DNA of 64,000 nucleotides from Bacteroidota bacterium (lineage in GTDB: Bacteria > Bacteroidota > Bacteroidia > Bacteroidales > VadinHA17). The position numbers and the translations under genes were made by a program. The stretch is from positions 5,203 to 69,202 of the forward strand of contig JAAYDB010000057.1 of the NCBI GenBank assembly GCA_012729475.1. The letters run 5' to 3'. The notes under the pieces were generated by a model. That model saw nothing but the letters and a program-made list of their open reading frames with translations, did not search any database and had not been told where the DNA came from. This document shows, piece after piece, positions 55,256-63,702 of this stretch. The first letter of the stretch is position 1. Every line of letters starts with the position of its first letter.

Positions 55256-55726
55256 ATGACAACAGAGATTGATACGATTCTCAGAAATTACAAACAAGGG
55301 AAGAGGGATCAGTTAATTCCTCTGCTTCAGGAGATACAGGAGAAAGCCGGATTCTTGTCGGAGGATTCTATTGTTGAGGTCGGCAGGTATGTAGGGCTAA
55401 GCACAACAAAAATCTACAGTCTTGCGACGTTTTATGACGAGTTCAGGTTCTTGCCGGCAGGAAAGATACAGATTTCCGTATGCAATGGTACATCCTGTTA
55501 TCTGAACGGATCAAAAGCAGTTATCGACAAGTTAAAAGAAGAAACAGGGCTATTGCCGGGGCAAACAGACCGCGATGGTATTCTCAGTTATGATATAGTG
55601 ACCTGTATGGGAGGGTGTAATCATGGACCGGTTATCTGTATTAATGGCGAATACTATAACAATGTAAAAGCGGAGCAGTTGCCTGATATGATCAGAAAGC
55701 TAAGGTATATTTTTGATAATGATTAA
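55256..55726 (+). CDS. hydC: NuoE-like [2Fe-2S] subunit of a trimeric [FeFe]-hydrogenase (HydC-like)
   Basis: Cx4C...Cx3C (VCNGTSC ... CMGGCNHGP). Directly abuts the NuoF-like gene. Confidence 0.8.
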   Translation: MTTEIDTILRNYKQGKRDQLIPLLQEIQEKAGFLSEDSIVEVGRYVGLSTTKIYSLATFYDEFRFLPAGKIQISVCNGTSCYLNGSKAVIDKLKEETGLLPGQTDRDGILSYDIVTCMGGCNHGPVICINGEYYNNVKAEQLPDMIRKLRYIFDND

Positions 55727-57661
55727 ATGGAAGACCTGAAAAAATATCTTTTGGAGAATGTGTTGCTGCATGAGTCTGACACTCTCTCTGATGAGGCTGA
55801 ACAGTGTCTGGAGAAGATCAGGAGGGAGAAACCAGACAAGCCGGTTATTTTTTTATCATCCGGCACTGCAGGGAAAATTGCCGGGTCGGATAAGACTTTT
55901 CAGGCCATGACCACTTTTTTTTCTGAAAACAGATATGATGCAGAAATAGTAAGAGTGGGGTGTAGCGGGCCGGCGAATTTTGAACCCGGTCTTTGTATTC
56001 AGCTTCCGGGCAAAAACAAGCTTTTTTTCAGGAATATAACGGAAGAAAAAGTTGAGCCTTTACTGAACGGTGTTTTTCATAATGATATTAACAAGGATGA
56101 TCTGTTTGGTCAGTTGGGGACGAAAGAATTCGGATTATGGCCGGGAGTACAGTTTCTTGATGAACTTTCCTTTTTTTATCACCAGAAACGGGTTGTACTT
56201 GGTAAGTACGGATGCTATGATCCCGAAAGTATTGAAGAATATATAGCCCGGGGTGGTTACCGTACATTCGTAAAGACTATCAGGCATTACACCTATGAAG
56301 AGGTATGTGATATTGTTGTACAGAGCGGATTAAGAGGAAGAAGTGGAGGAGGCTATCCTACCGGTCTGAAGTGGAAGCAGGTCCTTAACTCAGGAGCCTC
56401 AACAAGATATCTGATATGTAATGGCAAAGAGAGTGATCCGGGAGCTTTCACTGACCGGCTTATTCTTGAAAACGACCCTCACAGATTGATAGAAGGAATT
56501 GCAATAGCTGCTTATGCTACAGGGGCGGCACAGGCTATAATATTTTTCCACAGAGGTTCGGATCATATTATGCAAAGGCTTGAAAAAGCAATTGACAGTG
56601 CCAAATCATATGGTCTTCTGGGCCACAATATTTTGTCCAGTGCCTATGACCTCGAAATCATTCTAAGGAAGGAACCGGGAGCATTTGTTTGTGGGGAGGA
56701 GACAGCACTGATCAGTGCTCTTGAGGGCCGAAGAGGGATGCCTCAGCTGAAACCTCCTTATCCGACAACTTCAGGTCTTTTTGGAAAACCTACAGTGATA
56801 AACAATGTGGAAACCCTGATGAATGTGCCTCTTATTATGCAAAATGGTCCTGAGTGGTTCCGTTCTCTCGGAACAGAAAACAGTCCGGGCACTAAAATTT
56901 TTGCTGTTGCAGGGAAAGGCCGTATGTCAGGAGTTATAGAGGTTGAGATGGGTACCAGCATAAAAAGTATTGTTGAAGACATTGCTGATGGAGTAAAAGA
57001 GGGTAAGAAGCTGAAAGCTGTACAGATGGGAGGTGCTTCAGGGTCGTTTATTACACCTGAAAACCTGGATGTAATAGTTGATTATGAAGAATTGAGTTCC
57101 AGAGGTATTATGATGGGCTCAGGTGGTTTCATTGTTATTGATGAGACAATTTGTATGGTCGACCTTGTAAGATATTACATGGAGTTTATGCATGCCGAAA
57201 GCTGTGGAAAATGTATACCCTGCAGGGAAGGAACAGGACGTATGCTGGAGATACTCGAAAGTATTATAAGGAAACCCGCCAGTGAAGATTCAGGTACCAC
57301 TCTGGAGCGGTTCAAGGGAGTTATGCAGCTGGAAACCATTGCTTCGGTAATGAGAGATACTTCTATGTGCGGACTGGGCCAGACAGCCCCTAATCCCTTT
57401 ATAAGTGCCCTGGAAAATTTCAGGGAGGAATTTGAAGAACATATTTTTGACAGGATATGCAGGGCTAATATATGCAGAGGCCTGAGATCCTTTTCTATTG
57501 ATGTGGAAAAATGTACCGGGTGTACAGCCTGTGCATCAAAATGTCCTGTAAATGCTATTTATGGCACCCGTCTTCAGCCTTTTTTTATCGTCGAAGAAAA
57601 GTGTACGGGGTGTGGTATATGTTATGATGTTTGTAAGTTCAGTGCAATAAAAGTCAAATAG
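55727..57661 (+). CDS. hydB: NuoF-like flavoprotein subunit (HydB-like): FMN/NAD(H) site, N3-type 4Fe-4S, C-terminal 2x[4Fe-4S] ferredoxin domain
   Basis: GRSGGGYPTGLKW, ESDPGAFTDR, ESCGKCIPCREG, CTGCTACASKCP and CTGCGICYDVC. Confidence 0.85.
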   Translation: MEDLKKYLLENVLLHESDTLSDEAEQCLEKIRREKPDKPVIFLSSGTAGKIAGSDKTFQAMTTFFSENRYDAEIVRVGCSGPANFEPGLCIQLPGKNKLFFRNITEEKVEPLLNGVFHNDINKDDLFGQLGTKEFGLWPGVQFLDELSFFYHQKRVVLGKYGCYDPESIEEYIARGGYRTFVKTIRHYTYEEVCDIVVQSGLRGRSGGGYPTGLKWKQVLNSGASTRYLICNGKESDPGAFTDRLILENDPHRLIEGIAIAAYATGAAQAIIFFHRGSDHIMQRLEKAIDSAKSYGLLGHNILSSAYDLEIILRKEPGAFVCGEETALISALEGRRGMPQLKPPYPTTSGLFGKPTVINNVETLMNVPLIMQNGPEWFRSLGTENSPGTKIFAVAGKGRMSGVIEVEMGTSIKSIVEDIADGVKEGKKLKAVQMGGASGSFITPENLDVIVDYEELSSRGIMMGSGGFIVIDETICMVDLVRYYMEFMHAESCGKCIPCREGTGRMLEILESIIRKPASEDSGTTLERFKGVMQLETIASVMRDTSMCGLGQTAPNPFISALENFREEFEEHIFDRICRANICRGLRSFSIDVEKCTGCTACASKCPVNAIYGTRLQPFFIVEEKCTGCGICYDVCKFSAIKVK

Positions 57662-57666
57662 CTGAT

Positions 57667-59388
57667 ATGCTTTTTACTATTCAGGTCAATAACAGGAAAA
57701 TCAAAGCTGAAAAAGGAGAAACTATTCTGTCAGCTCTTAATCGTAACGGCATCAGGATCCCGACTCTTTGCAGGATGGCTGATTTTTCTCCAACCGGAGC
57801 CTGCCGGATATGTGTTGTTGAAGTGGAAGGAAGAGACCGTCTTGTAACTGCCTGTTCACAACCTGTGGAAGAATGGATGAAGATCAGAACACATTCTCCC
57901 CGTGTTATAACTGCACGCAAAACAATTGTGGAAATGCTGTTATCAAATCATCCTGATGACTGCCTTTATTGCGATAAAAACCTTAATTGTGAATTACAGA
58001 GACTGGCTGAAGAGTTGAATATAAGAGAAAGGCGTATTCGTGCAAAAAAAATAAAACCCCGTCTTGACCAGTCGAGCCCTGCTATTGTAAGAGAGTTATC
58101 AAAATGCATCCTTTGCGGCAGATGTATCAGAGTGTGTGAAGAACTTATATCTGCCAATTCAATCGATTTTATTGGAAAAGGAAGCAAAACACATGTTGGT
58201 CCGGCGATGGACCGTGACTTTAATTTTTCCAGCTGTATTCATTGCGGACAATGCGTTATGGTTTGTCCTACCGGTGCACTTCATGAAAAACATAATTTGG
58301 TGGAAGTACAGGATTACCTTCATCATAACGACATAGCAAAAGTTATTCAGTATTCTCCTCTGGTCACTATAGGTATAGCCGAAGAGATGGGGATAAAATA
58401 TAACAAAGATTTTGACAGGACACTGAATTCCATTCTTCGCAGAATAGGTTTTAACAAAATATTTAATTCAGGAGTAGGAACTGATATCTGTATTACAGAA
58501 ATAGCTGGTCAGCTTCTTGAAAGGATAAAGAACGAAACGGAAGATCCCTTGTATATCTCAGCGTGTCCTTCATGGGTTAAATATGCCGAGCAGTTTATGC
58601 CTGATATCATTCCTCAATTATCAACAGTCAAGTCGCCCCAGCAGTTGACAGGGGGTCTTATTAAGACACTTATTGCAGATAGTTCGGGAATAATGCCTGA
58701 GAAGATTTTTTCGGTATCCGTTACTCCATGCATGGCTATGAAGTTCGAAGCCAGAAGAGATGGTATGATGAGAAAGGGTATCAGTGATGTTGATTCAGTT
58801 ATGACGGTGCGGGAGCTGGCAAGGCTGATAAGGCTTTATGGTATCGATATTTCAAACATTGAGCCTGAACCGGCCGATGAGCCGATGGAGGGAAGTAGTT
58901 CTGCAGCTGGCCTGACTGAAATATCAGGCGGAATTACAGAAGCCGTTTTACGCTTAGTGTATTTTTATGAATACAAAAATGATGCTGATAAGCAGCTATT
59001 CAAGAGATTACGTGCCGGAGGTGCATTCAGGGAAACATCTCTTATGATTGCAAACAGGAAGATAGCAGTTGCCGTTGTTGACGGGCTGACTGGTCTGGAA
59101 AAACTCAGGGCAGCCTTCAATGCAGGCAGAAAATATAATCTTATTGAAGTGATGACTTGTCCGGGAGGATGCATTAACGGCGCAGGTATGCCTTTCGCTA
59201 TGCATGAAATTAACATAAAGTCAAGAAGGAAAATAATATATCAGGCTGATGAAACTGATCCGATAAATCTTCCGTGTAAATCGCCGGTTAACATAAATAT
59301 GTATGATAAATACTTAAAAGAGAATGAGGTATTGTCAGATAAAAAAGTTTTTTATACACATTATATAAAGAGGAATGTATTGTTGTGA
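57667..59388 (+). CDS. hydA: [FeFe]-hydrogenase large subunit, HydA-like (M3 architecture), with non-canonical H-cluster pocket residues
   Basis: N-terminal 2Fe-2S (C35, C46, C49, C63), HPDDCLYC..C His-ligated cluster, 2x CxxCxxCxxxCP. H-domain motifs are ISACPSW, TPCMAMKFE, EVMTCPGGCINGAG. Confidence 0.8.
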   Translation: MLFTIQVNNRKIKAEKGETILSALNRNGIRIPTLCRMADFSPTGACRICVVEVEGRDRLVTACSQPVEEWMKIRTHSPRVITARKTIVEMLLSNHPDDCLYCDKNLNCELQRLAEELNIRERRIRAKKIKPRLDQSSPAIVRELSKCILCGRCIRVCEELISANSIDFIGKGSKTHVGPAMDRDFNFSSCIHCGQCVMVCPTGALHEKHNLVEVQDYLHHNDIAKVIQYSPLVTIGIAEEMGIKYNKDFDRTLNSILRRIGFNKIFNSGVGTDICITEIAGQLLERIKNETEDPLYISACPSWVKYAEQFMPDIIPQLSTVKSPQQLTGGLIKTLIADSSGIMPEKIFSVSVTPCMAMKFEARRDGMMRKGISDVDSVMTVRELARLIRLYGIDISNIEPEPADEPMEGSSSAAGLTEISGGITEAVLRLVYFYEYKNDADKQLFKRLRAGGAFRETSLMIANRKIAVAVVDGLTGLEKLRAAFNAGRKYNLIEVMTCPGGCINGAGMPFAMHEINIKSRRKIIYQADETDPINLPCKSPVNINMYDKYLKENEVLSDKKVFYTHYIKRNVLL

Positions 59389-59460
59389 AATCCGGGCCAT
59401 TGAAGGTCGGTACTTTGAAACAGTATTAGTAAGAGGGTTAAGAAAATTAAAGGAGAAGTG

Positions 59461-61422
59461 ATGCTGGTCTATACAATTAAAGAGCTTTGTCGTACCTGTT
59501 ACACCTGTGTCAGGGAGTGTCCTGCAAAAGCGATCCGTATAGTGGGGGGACAGGCAGAAGTGATTGATGAGAGGTGCATAGGATGCGGTAACTGTACTAA
59601 AGTTTGCAGCCAGGGGGCAAAGGTATTTCTCCGTACTACCGACAGAGTACTTAAACTGCTCCATAATGGTTCGGATGTAGCTGCAATAGTGGCTCCCAGT
59701 TTTCCTGCTGAATTTGGAGATATACCTGATTATCATTTACTGATAGGTATGATAAGGGCCCTCGGCTTTAAATATGTAAATGAAGTATCATTTGGGGCGG
59801 ATATTGTGGCTGATAAGTACAAAAAGCTTCTGGAAGGCAGTGATAAATACTATATCACATCTGATTGTCCCTCCATAGTCAACTATATAAAGTATTACCA
59901 TCCGGGTCTGGTTGATCGTCTGGCCCCAATAGTTTCACCCATGGTTGCCATGAGCAGGGTTGTCCGCAAAAAATTTGGCAGTAATACAAAAATCGTTTTT
60001 ATAGGTCCGTGTGTGGCAAAAAAAGCAGAAAGTTCTGAGATTGATGAGGTTATTACTTTTCTGGAATTGAGGGACATGCTTACCTCTGCCGGTATATCAC
60101 CTGAGAAGGTTATTCCTTCTGATTTTGATCCGCCCAGGGGAGGCAGGGGCTCTATATTTCCAGTAACGAGGGGCTTGTTACAGACAGCACACATTAATGA
60201 TGATGCCATAACAGGTAATATTATTGCTGCAGAAGGAAGGATAGGTTTTCAGGAGGCTCTTAAGGAACTGGAAGCCGGACTAATAAAGAATCAGCATATG
60301 GAGCTTTTGTGCTGTGAGGGATGCATCATGGGTCCCGGACTTTCCAAGAACGGGAAACAATATACCAGGAGAGCCCTTGTAAGTGCTTATGCCAGTCAGA
60401 AAATGGATGACCTTGATCATAGCTTATGGGAAGAAGCTTTTGACGAATATGGGAAAATTGATTTATCAGTACATCATAAAGCAGAAGATCACAGGTTTGA
60501 AATACCTGACGAGACGGAGATCGAAGACGTACTTATTTCAATGGGCAAGTTTACAAAAAAAGATCATCTGGATTGTGGTGCATGCGGTTATGAGAGTTGT
60601 ATTGAACATGCAATAGCTATTAAGAAGGGTCTTGCTGAAATTGAGATGTGTCTGCCATATACAATAGAAAAATTACATAAATCAGTTCAGGATCTGGCCT
60701 TGTCAAACGAGAAACTTAGCTCTATGAAGGAAGCTTTGAGGCAATCTGAAAAGCTGGCACACATGGGACAGTTGTCAGCCGGTATAGCTCATGAACTGAA
60801 TAATCCACTCGGGGTGGTAATAATGTACAGCAATATTCTCCTTGATGAATGTCAGCCTGAAGATCCTGTTATAGAAGATATTAAACTTATTGTTGAACAG
60901 GCCGGGCGATGCAAGAAAATAGTGGCAGGCCTTCTTAATTTTGCCAGAAAAAATCAGGTTAATCATCAGATAGTCAATGTTAAGGATCTGATAAATCATA
61001 GTTTTGAAAGTGTCATAATCCCGGAGACTATAAAAACGAGTATCGTTGATAAGACGAGTAATCCTGATGCCATGATCGATCCGGAACAAATAATGCAGGT
61101 TACCACAAACCTGATAAAAAATGCTGTTGATGCCATGCATAGCGGAGGAGAACTGATTGTTACTCTTGAGGATACACTGAGTGATGTCAGTATAACCATT
61201 TCGGATACAGGAAGCGGTATCAAAGAAGAAGACAGAGTAAAAATATTTGAACCTTTCTATACAACAAAAGGTATAGGAAAAGGAACGGGCCTCGGACTTG
61301 CAACAGCTTATGGCATTGTTAAAATGCATAAGGGGCAGATAAGTGTAGAATCAAATGATGATCCCGGAGCAGGTCCAACAGGAACAAGTTTTAAAATACT
61401 CCTTCCACGAAGAAAGGAATGA
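59461..61422 (+). CDS. H-cluster-domain protein fused to a histidine kinase (ferredoxin motifs, H-domain, Cx2Cx4Cx16C, coiled coil, HisKA, HATPase_c)
   Basis: CRTCYTCVRECP, CIGCGNCTKVC. H-domain motifs TSDCP (59857-59871), GPCVAKKAE, LLCCEGCIMGPG. CGACGYESC..(16)..C. H-box AGIAHELNNPL, N box NLIKNAVDA, G boxes DTGSGI and GTGLGL. Confidence 0.8.
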   Translation: MLVYTIKELCRTCYTCVRECPAKAIRIVGGQAEVIDERCIGCGNCTKVCSQGAKVFLRTTDRVLKLLHNGSDVAAIVAPSFPAEFGDIPDYHLLIGMIRALGFKYVNEVSFGADIVADKYKKLLEGSDKYYITSDCPSIVNYIKYYHPGLVDRLAPIVSPMVAMSRVVRKKFGSNTKIVFIGPCVAKKAESSEIDEVITFLELRDMLTSAGISPEKVIPSDFDPPRGGRGSIFPVTRGLLQTAHINDDAITGNIIAAEGRIGFQEALKELEAGLIKNQHMELLCCEGCIMGPGLSKNGKQYTRRALVSAYASQKMDDLDHSLWEEAFDEYGKIDLSVHHKAEDHRFEIPDETEIEDVLISMGKFTKKDHLDCGACGYESCIEHAIAIKKGLAEIEMCLPYTIEKLHKSVQDLALSNEKLSSMKEALRQSEKLAHMGQLSAGIAHELNNPLGVVIMYSNILLDECQPEDPVIEDIKLIVEQAGRCKKIVAGLLNFARKNQVNHQIVNVKDLINHSFESVIIPETIKTSIVDKTSNPDAMIDPEQIMQVTTNLIKNAVDAMHSGGELIVTLEDTLSDVSITISDTGSGIKEEDRVKIFEPFYTTKGIGKGTGLGLATAYGIVKMHKGQISVESNDDPGAGPTGTSFKILLPRRKE

Positions 61423-61524
61423 AGATTCTTATCAGTTGAGGCTGTTGTATGTATTGATGGAAAGCTGATTGATATGGGAGGGGAGAATAATTTATTTATT
61501 AGATTGCAAAAAATACACAGAAGG

Positions 61525-61920
61525 ATGAAGAAGAGTGATTTTATGATACTCGTGGCAGATGATGATCCTGATTATCTTTACCAGACGGTAACCAATCTGG
61601 GCAAAGCAGGATACAGGACGGTGGCGGCAGAGAGTCAGGCAGAGGCAGAAGCTGTAATATCAAGAATGAAACCAGATCTTGCAATATTCGATCTGATGAT
61701 GGAAAATGATGACAGCGGTTTTATCCTGTGTTATAAGATACGAAAAAAATATCCTGATGTTCCGGTAATTCTTGCTACGGCAGTCTCACGTGAGACAGGA
61801 ATTACTTTCAGTCTCGATTCTGAAATGGATAAATCATGGATAAGGGCAGACAGATATCTGGAAAAGGGTATCCGGCCTGAACAACTCGATCAGGAAATAA
61901 TGAAATTGTTAAAAATATAA
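61525..61920 (+). CDS. Stand-alone response-regulator receiver protein
   Basis: ILVADDD...DLAIFDLMM...VILATA...EKG receiver pattern with no output domain. The start is ambiguous (61474, 61525 or 61543). Confidence 0.7.
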   Translation: MKKSDFMILVADDDPDYLYQTVTNLGKAGYRTVAAESQAEAEAVISRMKPDLAIFDLMMENDDSGFILCYKIRKKYPDVPVILATAVSRETGITFSLDSEMDKSWIRADRYLEKGIRPEQLDQEIMKLLKI

Positions 61921-61921
61921 T

Positions 61922-63052
61922 ATGGCTGAATTAAAAGTCCTTATTATTGATGATGAACCCGGAATACGTTCCGGCGTAAAAAGGATACTGAAGGATTTTC
62001 ATGTTACTTATCCCTTTATGGATGAGGATTATGTTTTTCATATAATGGAAGCCTCCACAGGAGAGGAGGGAATTGATATCATTGAACAGAACATTCCGGA
62101 TATTCTCCTTCTGGACAATAAATTGCCCGGTATCCAGGGAGTTGACGTTCTGGAGATCATTCGTGAGAAGAAATATGATATTGCTGTTGCCATGATAACT
62201 TCCTATGCTTCTCTTGATGTAGCTGTCAGGGCAACCCGTGACGGTGCAACAGATTTTATACCCAAACCTTTTACTCCACAGGAACTTAAGTCAAGCATTG
62301 AGAATATTTCAAAACAATTGTATCTGAAAAGGATTACCCACGACATGAATCAGGAGGGAAAGAAGATAAGATACCAGTTTCTTTCGGTATTGTCTCATGA
62401 ATTAAAAGCCCCTCTTAATGCTCTTGAAGGATATCTCCTGATGATGCAGGAAAAACAGGCAGGCGACAGGATTGACGATTATATTAATCATATTGACAGG
62501 TCCTTACAGAGAATACAGGGTATGAGGAACCTTATTATGGATCTCCTTGATTTTACTAAGATACGTCTTGAACGGAAAGATGAAAAAATACAGAAACTGA
62601 ATCTGGCAGATGTCGCAGCTGCAGCTTTAGTGACAGTACAGCCTTATGCAATTCAGATGGAAGTTACTGTTAATCTTGATGTGAAGAAGGAGATAATAAT
62701 TATGGCTGACCCGACAGACATAGATATCATTTTTAATAATCTTACAAGCAATGCTGTTAAATATAACAAAGTAGGAGGGAAGGTTGATATTATTATTGAT
62801 AGTGATGATAATGAAGTAATTATGAAATTTGCAGATACAGGCATAGGTATCTCGGAAGATGACAGAAAGATCCTTTTTAAGGATTTTATGCGTGTTAAAA
62901 ACGAACAGACGCGTAACATATCAGGGAGTGGTCTGGGATTATCCATTGTTAAAAAAGTTGTTGAACTTTATTTTGGATCTATTACCGTAGAAAGCAAACC
63001 GGATAAGGGGAGTATTTTTACCATAAGGTTACCAAAAAATCTGAAACATTAA
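61922..63052 (+). CDS. Receiver-histidine kinase hybrid (REC, HisKA, HATPase_c)
   Basis: VLIIDDEPGIR...LLLDNKLPG...KPF receiver. H-box LSHELKAPL, N box LTSNAVKYN, G boxes DTGIGI and GSGLGLS. Confidence 0.8.
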   Translation: MAELKVLIIDDEPGIRSGVKRILKDFHVTYPFMDEDYVFHIMEASTGEEGIDIIEQNIPDILLLDNKLPGIQGVDVLEIIREKKYDIAVAMITSYASLDVAVRATRDGATDFIPKPFTPQELKSSIENISKQLYLKRITHDMNQEGKKIRYQFLSVLSHELKAPLNALEGYLLMMQEKQAGDRIDDYINHIDRSLQRIQGMRNLIMDLLDFTKIRLERKDEKIQKLNLADVAAAALVTVQPYAIQMEVTVNLDVKKEIIIMADPTDIDIIFNNLTSNAVKYNKVGGKVDIIIDSDDNEVIMKFADTGIGISEDDRKILFKDFMRVKNEQTRNISGSGLGLSIVKKVVELYFGSITVESKPDKGSIFTIRLPKNLKH

Positions 63053-63063
63053 ACTAATTGCAA

Positions 63064-63687
63064 ATGAGACTACCGGCAAAAACTGTGGAAAGGCTGAGTG
63101 AGTACCGAAGGACTCTTCTGGAATGCCTGAGCGAAAAAAAGAATTATATTTTTTCACATGAGCTGGCCGCCCGGCTTCATATTACAGCTGTCCAGGTAAG
63201 ACGCGACCTGATGCTGATTGGATATTCCTCAGTGCAACGAAAAGGCTATGATGTAAAAGAGCTTATCGATACAATAGGAACTATAATCGATTCCACTGAA
63301 AGCCTTAATGTTGCAATAATTGGTATTGGGAATTTTGGAAGAGCTTTGGCTGCCTATTTTAAAGGCAAGAGATCGAAGCTTAATCTGGTTGCCTCATTCG
63401 ATACCGATCCTCAGAAAATAAATAAGGTAATAGCCGGAGTGAAGTGCTATCCACACAATGAGCTTGAAAAGATCATCAAGGAGCTTAATATAAAAATTGC
63501 AATACTTACTGTCCCCCCGGAATTTGGAAAAGAAACCGCAGAAGAAATTGTGAGGTACGGAATAAAAGGTATACTGAATTTTACAACTATTCCTGTTAAT
63601 GTTCCATCGTGGGTATTCCTTGAAGAATATGACATGATCACCTCCATCGAAAAAGTTGCATATTTCGTAAAAGAAAACCAGCTATAG
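63064..63687 (+). CDS. rex: Redox-sensing transcriptional repressor Rex
   Basis: N-terminal winged helix (TVERLSEYRRTL...SHELAARLHITAVQVRRDL) followed by a Rossmann motif (IIGIGNFGRAL). Confidence 0.85.
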   Translation: MRLPAKTVERLSEYRRTLLECLSEKKNYIFSHELAARLHITAVQVRRDLMLIGYSSVQRKGYDVKELIDTIGTIIDSTESLNVAIIGIGNFGRALAAYFKGKRSKLNLVASFDTDPQKINKVIAGVKCYPHNELEKIIKELNIKIAILTVPPEFGKETAEEIVRYGIKGILNFTTIPVNVPSWVFLEEYDMITSIEKVAYFVKENQL

Positions 63688-63702
63688 GGATTAATTGTCG
63701 GT

